This document shows, piece by piece, positions 43,568 through 55,534 of a stretch of DNA of 64,000 nt (positions are counted from its first letter, which is position 1; every line of letters begins with the position of its first letter). The DNA lies in the NCBI GenBank assembly GCA_964016885.1, contig OZ024747.1, forward strand, positions 64,728,001 through 64,792,000, in the 5' to 3' direction. The notes under the pieces were generated by a model. It was not told the DNA's origin and ran no database searches. It saw only the letters and a program-made list of their open reading frames with translations. A program made the translations under genes and the position numbers. Origin of the DNA: Eledone cirrhosa. Taxonomy: Eukaryota.

Positions 43568-43689
43568 CTGACTGACTGGCTAGTATGCTGATATGCAAAT
43601 CTGGCTGATCAGTGGATCTGCTAATGTGCATATCTGACTGATCACCCAATCTGCTAATATGCAAATCAGGCCGATCAGTCACTGTGTAT
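43568..43689. repeat. About 39-bp minisatellite x3 containing ATGCAAAT octamer motifs
   Basis: CTG.CTGATCA...ATCTGCTAAT.TGCA.ATC repeated; ATGCAAAT at about 43593 and 43659. Confidence 0.65.
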
Positions 43690-44096
43690 TTTTGAAAATA
43701 GCATATATTTTCACTAGCTCTGATAGTTTGGCAGGTGAACAGTGAACTCTACTGGTGAAGGGTGATACCCAGAAACATTAGTGTTTGCAGTTCTGTTGAC
43801 ATGCCAACACAAGAGCAAAAATGGAGGGTTCATTCTACTGACATGGCTATAAAATTGAGGCTTTTGTTGCAAAATTGCAAACAAATCGAATGTTATTATT
43901 AATATTCGAAACACTCAGATTACATATATACATACATATATATATAAGGGTTAAAATGCTGGAGTGTGTTGGAGTTAAACACCCTCTTCGTATTATTGAA
44001 ATGACAGTAAAAGGTATAGCTCAATGTAGTTAAACAGAGCCGAAAAATTAAGAGAGTAAAACAAAGAAGCCTTCAATACATCAAAAGTCTTTATTA

Positions 44097-44134
44097 GCCG
44101 ACAATGTTTCGTCCTATTAAGGACTCATCAGGGC
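44097..44134 (-). ncRNA. Canonical minimal hammerhead ribozyme, family C
   Basis: Minus strand GCC-CTGATGA-GTCC-TTAATA-GGAC-GAAA-C-ATT-GTC-GGC, then TAATAAA; GUC cleavage triplet; lies within a roughly 330-bp insertion (about 43948-44280) bounded by (TA)n. Confidence 0.85.
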
Positions 44135-44299
44135 AATTAAAACAACAAGAAGTAATATCGGCAGATACAAGCCGGAATCTCCGAAGAATATGGAGTGTAC
44201 ATAAACTGAAGTATTACAAAAATATATAATAAAAATATCTGATAATAATTACTAAGGATGTATATAACATTAAGAACCATATTATATATATATATACAT

Positions 44300-44710
44300 G
44301 GTGGCTGCCAACTCGTTTTCGAGTACGGCCACTACTTTATATCCATGTAGGAGAACCCCTACCGATACGCTGAACGAGTGTGACTTTTGAGTCCAGCCAG
44401 CGACTTGAAAACTCTGGTACAAACACTGCACTTGTGACAATTATTGACACATAGTGCTGGGCCCATGGTACCATGTGACGACAAGTGCAGAGAGATCTCC
44501 AGATATAAAGCAATGCCTGTGCCATGAAGCTTTTATAGTGAGCAAAGGCACTGCACAAAGCCAGTCCCACTCTCTTAACCAAGATGATATTTACCAAAAA
44601 GAAGAACAAGTCAACATCATTGGATACCATCAGGGTTGCAGGTGTTATATCAGAGTTTTCCTTCTCCTAGAATTCTGCCTTGACAAAGGCTAAGGGGTCA
44701 TCTCTCCCGG
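44300..44710 (-). mobile_element. Probable RTE-clade LINE 5' UTR fragment
   Basis: Minus strand TCTAGGAGAAGGAAAACTCTGA resembles a motif I recall from RTE 5' regions; not verified. Confidence 0.4.
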
Positions 44711-44756
44711 ATATATATATACATATATACATACATACATACATACATACAGATGT

Positions 44757-45160
44757 ATGCCTGTGATTACTGGGGCACTAGGATATGTTAGTAACTGCTT
44801 CAATACAAATCTTGAGAAGCTAGGCTTCACAGGAACAGAAAGAAGACAACTAGTTATGAAATTACAAGTACAATCCATTAATGGAACAGTAAGAATATGT
44901 AAAACATTCCAAAAATGTTGCATCTAATAACTGCATATACACATGTACAGATACAAAGCATATACACATGCACACAAACAACTCAAAACATACACATCCA
45001 CACATACAATAACATCCATATATACACATGCAGACATGCAGACATATCTACCTAATTGATGTTGTGTAAATTCCAATGACAGAGTCTTATCTCTATGTTA
45101 GAAACCGACTCTCTCTCTCGATTGGTAACAATTTATGAAATTATAAAACCAGAAGAATAT
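44757..45160 (+). mobile_element. 3' end of an R4/Dong-like (RLE) LINE
   Basis: 44757-44927 translates MPVITGALGYVSNCFNTNLEKLG...KLQVQSINGTVRICKTF, matching the RLE C-terminal PxxxGALG...LQ...GT..I pattern. Confidence 0.7.
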
Positions 45161-45848
45161 ACATACATATATATACATATATAGTTAAAATCTAGAGTTA
45201 AAATCTAAAAGGAGATACATTATTATTGGTAATATCATTGCGTTTGTTTTTGTTGTAATTTGATAGGACATTTTAAACTATTTCCATACACTTCATTATC
45301 GCATTGAATATGACATATTGCAGATTTCATGCAGTTCTTCCCCTGTAAAAGGTTATGACATGTAAGTTAGCATAGAATCAATACACATGCTGGAAAATTA
45401 ATGTTGCACTATTTGTAATAGCGTGGTAATCCTATTTAATTCACAATATATTGACTCATCAATTATCCATCTGATAGCAGTTATGATAACATGAGGCTAC
45501 CCTAAGTATATATATTTATTAATTAAGAAATCAAACAACATCATTGAATATTCTAATATTTATTTCGTACATCGGAGAACTCAATTAACAGAAATAGAAA
45601 TACATCCCGCAGTGTCAATACATTAATTAAGAACTTGAAATGCAATTTTCGTTATAGCGATGGCAAATATTCTCTCATAAAGCAAACAAATAAATAAATA
45701 TATGGAAGGGAATACGTAATGTTCGATCCTTCGTTAGAGTTTTAGAACATCATATATTTGATAACGCCCATAATAAAATATTTAATGTAGTAAGCCATCT
45801 GAACGGTGCAGCTTAGATTTTATGAAAGTCTAATAGAAATGATTAGAC

Positions 45849-46134
45849 CCGTGGTTCCCAACCTTTTGTATACCATGCCCCACCTCAACATCTAAACAAA
45901 TTGTTATGCCTACTCTCTTTGATATTAAAATAGCAATGATCAACTGCAAAGTGTAAACAAATGGGTGTATAGGTGGCGCAAGGTACACAATGACATGTGG
46001 AAGAGGAGGTGAAACAGAAGTTCCTGACAGTAATATGTACTAAAGTTGCCTTGGTGTAACATCATTGCCAAATGTCCCCGTTAAATATTCAAATTGCCCT
46101 CCTGTGGGGTGCGCGATCACGTTGGGAATCACTG
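45849..46134. mobile_element. hAT-type MITE with TSD
   Basis: TIRs CCGTGGTTCCCAAC / GTTGGGAATCACTG; 8-bp TSD GATTAGAC / GATCAGAC. Confidence 0.8.
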
Positions 46135-46666
46135 GATCAGACATGCATATGTTATATATTGGGTGGTACATTTTAGCGATCACTATAAATATATTTCTCC
46201 TTTATTTTTTTTTCAATCATGCAAATATATAAATTATTTTAGCATGGTAAATTAAGGATATACTTTACTGACAGTTTTATGAGTTTATGATTTGATCTAA
46301 CTTACCAATCGAATCCAAAGCATTATTGGTGTAGTTTCTGATATTGGATTAAGGAAGAAAAACTTGTTGAAGTCAACTAAAATGATTCGATTTCTCGAAT
46401 CACAAATATCAGAATTTAAGAAAGAATCTATATAATCTCTCCTTCTATCTCCCCCTCCCTTCCTCTGCTCCTCGCCCCCTCCTCTCTCTCTCTATATATA
46501 TCTCTATATATATAGATATATATATATACCAGGCGATGCATTATGTCTTTGGGCAAGACACTTCATTTCACCGGTGCTTCTTCTAGCTGGAGTCGTGACC
46601 GATAGAGAATATTAGCAATTGGAAACATTGTTTCCTCGCTTCGATTTGACGAAAGTCGATCGGCAG

Positions 46667-46719
<53 letters not shown>

Positions 46720-46793
46720 GTATATATATATGAAGTGTTTCCGTAGGAAAGGTAAAGGATAAGCGAGTGCTCTATGTAGGCTACAGAGCTTTT

Positions 46794-47015
46794 TAGTTAT
46801 GTAATAAACAACATGTGGTAATTATTTCATTTACCAAAGGTTTAACGAAGACAGACTTGCGTGATACAGACATCTAACTTCGGTCGTCAGAATGCATTCT
46901 GACGACCGAAATCTGGCGTCTGTCTCAGGCTCGTCTGTCTCAGGCTCGTCTGTCTTCGTGAAACCTTTGGTAAATGAAATGAAATAATTATCTTATGCTG
47001 TTTATTACATAACTA
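46794..47015. repeat. Fold-back element with a perfect 32-bp central palindrome
   Basis: TTCGGTCGTCAGAATG|CATTCTGACGACCGAA at 46879-46910; arms TAGTTATGTAATAAACA / TGTTTATTACATAACTA. Confidence 0.85.
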
Positions 47016-47045
47016 TATATATATATATATTTATTAAAATAGCAG

Positions 47046-47142
47046 TTTAATAAATATTTGCTCTACGGTTCTTATATATTTGATATATATTTTCCTTATC
47101 GAGCCCTCTTTGGATTTTAGTCTTCAATTTTATTATTATTAC
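47046..47142. repeat. Dispersed repeat, with an inverted copy at 49895-49992 and a related piece at about 11400-11470
   Basis: TTTAATAAATATTTGCTCTACGGTTCTTATATATTTGAT / ATCAAATATATAAGAACCGTAGAGCAAATATTTATTAAA. Confidence 0.8.
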
Positions 47143-47550
47143 TATATATATATATATATATATTTAGGAACGAGTAGGACCCCGACGGCTGAGCTCAAGC
47201 CGTTTCGACGGCTAATTCTGGACATTACCCACTCTACTACCCTAAGTATTGAGTACTTTGGTGCTATATGGTCCACCTGGTTCTTTACCACATTTCCTTC
47301 GTTATATATATATATTTATATATATCGAGAGAGAGACAGAGAATAGGGCAAATATTAATAGTTACATTTTTTTAACTTCGGAGGCCGTAACAATTGCGCA
47401 TACACATGCCATTCATATAATACACATATGTACAAATGTAGCCAAACGTAGGAAAACTCCCACCGACGTGAGAGAATGGTATTAGTCAAGTTTCGTTTAT
47501 ATTACAAAATATTAACAATTTTTCAGCATTGCAAATCATTATTAGTAAAA

Positions 47551-47655
47551 CCCGTCGAGGTTAACTTTGCCTTTCGTCCTTATGGGGTCGATAAAATAAA
47601 ATTCTATTAATGTATTGGTTAATTGCTGGCCTTGTGCCAAAAGTAGAAACAATTA
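47551..47655 (+). mobile_element. SINE, 5'-truncated
   Basis: GAGGTTAACTTTGCCTTTCG..GGGGTCGATAAAATAAA..GGCCTTGTGCCAAAAGTAGAAACAATTATT. Confidence 0.85.
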
Positions 47656-47792
47656 TTAGTAGTACTAATAGTAGATTGGTTGTATCGATAGATTTTGGGA
47701 CATGATTTACAGCATATAGTTATGTCCCCTTATATTCTGAATTCAAATCCCACCAAGGATTATACATATATATATACACACATATATATATA

Positions 47793-47892
<100 letters not shown>

Positions 47893-48041
47893 CGTGTGTG
47901 TGTGTGTTTAGAAGAAACCGCCGAAGAAACAACACCTCGCGTCCGGTCTGCTCCCGGTATCAATAAAACAAAATCAAGAAATTTATTGGAGTTTTCCGAA
48001 CTTAAAGGTTTTTTTTTTATTTCATTGTTGTTATAGGTTTT

Positions 48042-48101
48042 GTCGTCTGAAGAGTTCAGGCTGTCATAACTGATAGTCCTCGGCGAAATATGTATAACGG
48101 T
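48042..48101 (+). ncRNA. Minimal hammerhead ribozyme, family D
   Basis: GTCGT-CTGAAGA-stem II (AGG CTGTCA/TGATAG CCT)-GAAA-TATGTA-TA-ACGGT; AATAAA at 48108. Confidence 0.6.
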
Positions 48102-48839
48102 GTTTTAAATAAACCTGAATCAACACAATATTGCCTCCGATCTTTCTTTTTGCTGTAAATGTTCAATTCTAGGTGAACCACGTTTGGAGAAGACCTATGC
48201 TTAATGGCATTTCATAGTTACCATACATTTATGTTTTACGTATTTGCAGAACTGTATCTGTCTTAATTTTTAATATGATTGATTATAATTATAGCGACTC
48301 CGAAGCTTCTAGCTGTCCAGTTAGCTGATTTGTGCTTAATAAAAAAAAAGGGGCTAAATGTTCAAATTTATGATCATTAAAAATTGAATATGAATTTCAA
48401 CCACAAATAATTGTAGGTTTATGGTATAGGTTAGTGGTTGGATATCTATTCATGTTACAATATACATTACGGAGTGATATAGTTTTCAAATACCTAATTA
48501 CACACTACATAACGAGAAATTTTGATAGTGGTTCAATGAGTATTAAGTATGAACAAACTACAGAAAAAGAATTTAATAGCAGCGTATATCTAATAACATA
48601 AAAGTGCATCTATGGATGATGATGAGCCAAAAACACTGCTAAAAGGATTAGAGGGTGAATAAAAAAAAACTGTTAACTAATGATGTATCATCATTAAAAT
48701 CTGGAAATTATGGCAGTAATGCAAATGTATAACGAAATATACATACGCATACAAAGACTCATATAAGTACACACACACATTGATATATATATATATTCAT
48801 CTCTCTCTCTCCTTCTCTCTCTCTCTAAATATATTTACG

Positions 48840-48877
<38 letters not shown>

Positions 48878-48880
48878 ACA

Positions 48881-49340
48881 GAATTAAAATTTAGCTTCGA
48901 ACATATCTGAATACAAATATGTATTTGAATTTCGTATTTCTAAAGAAATATGGTAATTGCCGGACTTTGAAAATAGATGAAAATATATAGTTTTGTCGTC
49001 TGTGTAAATGAGGTGATTAATCTCATTTGCATATCAAGCTGTATAGGTTGTCTCAACTTATAATAGAATAAGTGTTCATAGCTGTGGCTTTCTAAATGTT
49101 TATTTATAAACATACCGTTTTTCTTTAGAAATACAAAATTCAGATACATATTTGTATACAGTTATGTTCGAAGATAAATTTTAATTCTATTCTATGGTCG
49201 AGGAAACTTATACAGTCCCCTTGCTCCTGTCGGGCACTACCTGGTGGTGTTAGCTGCCACTGTGTTATGCAGAGCTATTGCTTTCTAAATGTCTATTTAT
49301 AAATATAGCGTATTTCTTTAGAAATACTAAATTCAAATAT
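48881..49340. repeat. Inverted plus partial direct repeat insertion between (TA)n tracts
   Basis: 48881-48944 is inverted at about 49116-49188; 49080-49150 is repeated directly at about 49273-49340. Confidence 0.7.
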
Positions 49341-49422
49341 ATATATATATATATACGTTATTCCAGGTTGAATCGGAGGTAACCACAGTAAGTAAGGTAC
49401 TCAATACAAAGCAGAGTATAAA

Positions 49423-49843
49423 AGTTTTAATATAGATGAGATTCTACAGGACTAGATCTGTTTCATTCTTTAGAAATCATCAGGAATCTGGGTATCAAAA
49501 AATAAATATGGTATTTATAGGCCTCTTCAGGTGGTAGGGGAGGGTAGGGAGTGGGATGGGTAGAGGTCATTGGTTGATAGAAAAGGCAATTCATTAAAAG
49601 CTAATTCTTTAAAGCTATAATTTATATTTTGGGTTTCTGCAAATATAAATTATAGCTTTAAAGAATTAGCTTTTAATGAATTCCCTTTTCTATCAACCAA
49701 TGACCTCTACCCATCCCACTCCCTACCCTCTCCTACCACCTGAAGAGGCCTATACATACCATATTTATTTTTTGATACCCAGTTTCCTGATGATTTGTAA
49801 AGAATGAAACAGTTCTAGTTCTGTAGAATCGCATCTATATTAA

Positions 49844-49847
<4 letters not shown>
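49423..49847. mobile_element. About 425-bp near-perfect fold-back with an HHR in each arm
   Basis: Arms of about 205 bp around a loop at 49630-49640; HHR on minus at 49440-49488 (GATTC-CTGATGA-TTCT/AGAA-GAAA-CAG..CTG-TA-GAATC) and on plus at 49782-49830; right end abuts (TA)n. Confidence 0.85.
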
Positions 49848-49895
<48 letters not shown>

Positions 49896-50389
49896 TAATA
49901 ATAATAAATTTGAAGACTAAAATCTAAAGAGGTCTCGATAAGGATAAATATTTATCAAATATATAAGAACCGTAGAGCAAATATTTATTAAAATAACATT
50001 AAAATTTAAGCAAAGATCGCTGCTTCAATATATACATATTTCAATCATATCTTATTTTGTTTGACCCGTTTAGCTTGATCGCTTTTTTGGCTTTGGTGGT
50101 TAATGGTTTCTTAACCATCGACTCAGTTTGTATGACCTTTTTAACTTATGTTTATAGCTCTGGTATCTTCATATCCTTGGAGCGCTTGTCTACACAATAC
50201 GGACGTTGCTTTTCGCTAATTTCTACCCGCCGAAATGCGATTCTCGCTAAATTTATATGTATATAACACCAAAATAGCGTATACGTATTCATTTATTTTG
50301 GTTACGTGTTGAGCAATGTAACTCACGAGTTCTATCTGGGCACTCACAGGATCATCAGAAATTAGATATTGTGTATGTATATACATATA

Positions 50390-50420
<31 letters not shown>

Positions 50421-51202
50421 GTATATATACATACATAAATGGAGAGAGAGAGAGAGAGAGAGACAGAGAGTCAGAGAGACAGAGAGAGGGAGGAGAGAGA
50501 GCGAGAGAGATCAACATGTTGAAGATTAAGGATTTCAATATAAAACATGTCATATGACAAAAGTAATTGTAAAAATTTCAGAAAAAAACCTAATGTTCTT
50601 TTTATTTTTCATATATAAATGCTACGTTCATATTACACAACGAAAATAATTTTTCACATCAATTTTTCACATTGTACTTAAAAATGTTTTCAAAAGATTT
50701 TTTGTGTCTCATTTTTTAAGTGTCCTGTGTTAATATCGGGTATGTATTTGTTAAACCAAGTGTTACTTTTGGCTGTATCCTTGCCCCTTATGTCGAGGAA
50801 AACACAATCCTTGACAAGGGACGTGACTCTGGTCTTATCAAGTATTAGAATTATGTGTGTAAAAAGTTCAGCTTTAGTGTAAGTTTTTCTATAAAATAAA
50901 ATTTTACGTTGCCAATGCACTTTACCTCTCATGTTGACTGACAAGATAGGTAGAATGAGAAGACATTGCAATTTGGTAATATTCGCCTTCCGCATTCTTC
51001 GATTTGTTTGCTAAACAGATCTTTCTTGTAAACGGATCCCTAATTTGCTCGCGGTGAACTGTCTTTCTTTGTCAGAGTGTTAATCCTGTTAGCCAATGTA
51101 TGTTCATGGCAACACTAACATTTCATTATATATACTAAATTTTCTGAATTGCGCGAAAAGTCATTTTTAAAATGGGACCTTCTTTGATTAGATAATAATA
51201 AT

Positions 51203-51408
51203 AGTTTCTACTATAGGCCAGCAAATTTGGGGATTTAGAAAGTCGATCAAACTGACACCAGTGCATTACTGGTGCTATATTTTCGAACCCGTAAGTATGA
51301 AAGGCAAATCCAATCTCGACGGGATTTGAACACAGAAAGTAAAGGGCTGCAACTCAATTCAACAAAATCATATTTACCGACATTCTACCGATACTGACAA
51401 TCCACCAC
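51203..51408 (-). mobile_element. SINE, diverged
   Basis: GGGATTTGAAC reverse B-box; TGAAAGGCAAA; CTACCGATACTGACAATCCACC. Confidence 0.8.
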
Positions 51409-51432
51409 TCTAGATTAGTTCATAATAATGAT

Positions 51433-51457
51433 TTCATTTATTGGCCACAAGGGCCGA
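51433..51457 (-). mobile_element. About 25-nt Tx1 3'-terminal micro-insertion with an about 21-bp TSD
   Basis: TTCATTTATTGGCCACAAGGGCCGA matches the LINE end at 5767-5791; flanked by AGATTAGTTCATAATAATGAT / AGATTAGTTCATAGTAATGAT. Confidence 0.7.
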
Positions 51458-51616
51458 AGATTAGTTCATAGTAATGATAATATTTAAACTCAAGTCAAAT
51501 TTATATCCAACAAAAAAGAAAAAATGTCATACCATTTCTACATGTCATTTATGAATTATTTGAAATTAAAGTACTTCAGGGAGGAATTGAAAATGTGTTG
51601 ACCTCTCAGTTAAATA

Positions 51617-51802
51617 TTTGTTTCTACTTTAGGCACAAGGCCAGCAATTACCCAGTTCATTACTGTTACTTTATTTTATCGACCCCGTAAGGATGAAAGG
51701 CAAAGTCAACCTCGGCGGGATTTGAACTCAGATCGTAAAGGGACGTAACTATGCTGGAAAGCATGGCGTCCGATCCTCTACCGATACTGCCAATCCACCG
51801 CC
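51617..51802 (-). mobile_element. Full-length young SINE with TSD
   Basis: Consensus-like copy; TSD CCTCTCAGTTA. Confidence 0.9.
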
Positions 51803-51895
51803 TCTCAGTTATTAACCTTATACAAGCATTGTGTCAGTATTTCAAACGATGAGATATTATTTCACATATAATCAACTCATTATTAAACATCATTT

Positions 51896-52082
51896 CGGTG
51901 GATTGGCAGTATCGGTAGAGGGTCGGACGCCATGCTTTCCAGCATAGTTACGTCCCTTTACGATCTGAGTTCAAATCCCGCCGAGGTTGACTTTGCCTTT
52001 CATCCTTACGGGGTCGATAAAATAAAGTACCAGTAATGCACTGGGTGATTGCTGGCCTTGTGCCTAAAGTAGAAACAATTAT
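51896..52082 (+). mobile_element. Full-length young SINE with TSD
   Basis: B-box GAGTTCAAATCC; TSD ATTATTAAACATCATTTC. Confidence 0.9.
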
Positions 52083-53170
52083 TAAACATCATTTCTACAC
52101 AGAAAATATGGAGATATAGCAAATACATTTGTATAAATTAATAGATTACCTCTGTACATATTAATCTATATATCATAAACATAGATATGTTAATTAGGTA
52201 AGTGAAGGTCTTGATGCTATAATCTTTGATAATATAGTGTATATTGATTGCTGCAATTAGCATAAGGCGAAGCTTTGGAAGTGAAGATGGAGTTAACATG
52301 TGCACGTATGTTCCTATTTAATTTAATTTCGTAGTAATGAAAGAGTAATTGAAATCCAGCCAATTTTGAAATGAAATAAAACTAAATACCTAACATATTG
52401 CAGTTATGCAATATATATAGAATATAGGAATAAATCATATATACGTACTACTAAATGTATTTATTATAGAAAATTAAAAAGATAAATTTAGTCGGACACA
52501 CTACCCAGCTGCCAACTCGCAGCGGATATATATATATTCTTAATGAAACATCGAAGCGAAAATACTCTGAAGGTAAAATTAGACAATCAAAGGAGGACTA
52601 ACTCCATTTCTATTGCCCAATTCGTACCTCAATCCTCTAAGGACAAGTTCTGTATATCTGACTAATGCATATCATGTAGGGTTAAAGATAAACATATTCT
52701 GAAAATATATTCCATAAATATATTCAATAAATATTGTCTATAATGCAGTATACCATTAAGGCAAAGTATTCATAACACACAGGTCATTTCTTGATCGAAT
52801 AAGCTTCCAATAATCTGTTGTATATACAAATTGGTCCGTCCGGTTTACACAAGTCCTACGTTATTGTGGACACGTAAACTGAGTCACGATGCTCAATTTA
52901 CTGAGCGTATTTGGTCACTGATGAACTCCCAAAATATTATTGATATCAGTTTATTGGGTACCTGCTATTATGTTCATGGAGATACTGTTAATCAAAATAA
53001 CATTTATAATATACCGCAGTAAATAATATCTATAGATATAGTTTTTAACACTGTGTATATCGTAGATATAGTGTATGTGTTGTGCTACACAATATAGATC
53101 ATATATATATAGACTAAGTCAATAGATTATATTTATCGTTGATTATCATAAACAATATTTATATATATAT

Positions 53171-53485
53171 AAATCCCACCGAGGTCAACTTTGCCTTTCA
53201 TCCTTACGGGGTCGATAAAATAAAGTACCAGTAATGTACTGGATAATTGCTGGCCTTATGCCAAAAGTTGAAACAATTATTTATATATATAAAGGGCGGT
53301 GGATTGGCAGTACCGGTAGAGGGTCGGATGCCATGCTTTGCAGCAAAGAATTACGGCCCTTTATGGTCTGAGTTCAAATCCCGCCGAGGTTATCTTTGCC
53401 TTTCATCCTTACGGGGTCGATAAAATAAAGTCCCAGTAATACACTGGCATAAATGCTGGGCTTGTGCCAAAAGTAGAAACAATTA
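53171..53485 (+). mobile_element. Two tandem SINE copies (one truncated, one full-length)
   Basis: Two TTTGCCTTTCATCCTTACGGGGTCGATAAAATAAAG blocks; head GGGCGGTGGATTGGCAG at about 53293. Confidence 0.88.
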
Positions 53486-53741
53486 TTTATATATATAAAC
53501 ACCCAAATATATATATATATATATATAATATATATATATATAAACACCCAAATATATATATATATGATATATATATATATATACATAAGATATATATACA
53601 TATATGATATATATATATAATATATATATATATATAAACACCCAAATATATATATATATAATATACATATATATATACATAATATATATATATATATGAT
53701 ATATATATATAATATATATATATATATAAACACCCAAATAT

Positions 53742-53807
<66 letters not shown>

Positions 53808-53869
53808 GTGTGTGTGTGTGTATGTGTGTGTGCATGTGTGTGTGTGTACATATAAACAGAGAAAATATG

Positions 53870-54206
53870 ATGAAAATAAAAATATACACTTCAATATGTT
53901 ATAATGGCCTCGGATTGTATAGATATATCTGTTTCTGGAAGCAAAAAATGAAGAATGCAAACCTTCGATCTCAGTAAATAGTATCAATCACCAATTATCG
54001 ATTCTGGTAATAAGTATCCTAAGAACTTGATTTCCTTCATTCGTATGATTCGGCCATGGCTATATTTATCTCACACCACACAAAAAACTGTATGATTGAT
54101 GCTCTGAACTGAAATTTATGGAGCTATGTACTGAGAAACATTATCAATATATATTTCATACGCATTGATTAAATATAAAATTAGTATATATATATATGTA
54201 TAAATG

Positions 54207-54274
<68 letters not shown>

Positions 54275-54353
54275 CGTGTGTGTGTGTATATATATACATA
54301 CATATATATATAAATATATTTGTGTGTGTTGGTGTGTGTGTGTGTATACATAC

Positions 54354-54400
<47 letters not shown>

Positions 54401-54438
54401 CGTGTATCGGTGTGGGTGTGTGTATACATACATATACA

Positions 54439-54470
<32 letters not shown>

Positions 54471-54481
54471 CATATATATAC

Positions 54482-54565
<84 letters not shown>

Positions 54566-54765
54566 AAATGTATATATGTATAAATAAAAATATATACTTC
54601 AACATGTTATAATGGCCTCGGATTGTATAGATATATCTGTTTCTGGAAGCACAAAATGAAGAATGCAAACCTTCGATCTCAGTAAATAGTATCAATCACC
54701 AATTATTGATTTTGGTAATAAGCATCCTAAGAACTTGATTTCCTTCATTCGTATGATTCGGCCTT
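53870..54765. repeat. About 185-bp segment duplicated (53870-54058 and 54583-54765) among compound microsatellites
   Basis: CTTCAA.ATGTTATAATGGCCTCGGATTGTATAGATATATCTGTTTCTGGAAGCA...GTATGATTCGGCC occurs twice. Confidence 0.85.
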
Positions 54766-54790
54766 GTATAAATGTATATATGTATAAATG

Positions 54791-54889
<99 letters not shown>

Positions 54890-55032
54890 ATATATATATA
54901 CATACATATTTATATAAATATATGTGTGTGTGTTGGTGTGTGTATACATACATATACATATATATATATATATATGTGTGTGGGTGTATCGGTGTGGGTG
55001 TGTGTATTCATACATATACATATATATACATT

Positions 55033-55154
<122 letters not shown>

Positions 55155-55165
55155 CGTGTGTATGT

Positions 55166-55306
55166 GTAGAAGTAGTTCCTCAACAGTTAGTTCACCATGC
55201 CGAGAACAAATGTTTCACCTCATGTGGACCCTCTGACTGAGCTGAGGATCCGATACGAACATTTGTTCTCGATAGTGTGAACTAACTGTTGTGGAACTAC
55301 TTCTAC
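55166..55306. repeat. Short fold-back element
   Basis: GTAGAAGTAGTTCC.CAACAGTTAGTTCAC..GAGAACAAATGTT / AACATTTGTTCTC..GTGAACTAACTGTTG.GGAACTACTTCTAC. Confidence 0.85.
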
Positions 55307-55467
55307 CAAACTTATCCCATGGACTGAGTACTCTACTACTGCGAATATAACCCTCCTGTGTTCTACTATTATACATACATACATATATATATACATATAT
55401 GTATATATATATATATGTATGTATATATGTATATATGTATATATATGTATATATATGTATATATATG

Positions 55468-55534
<67 letters not shown>

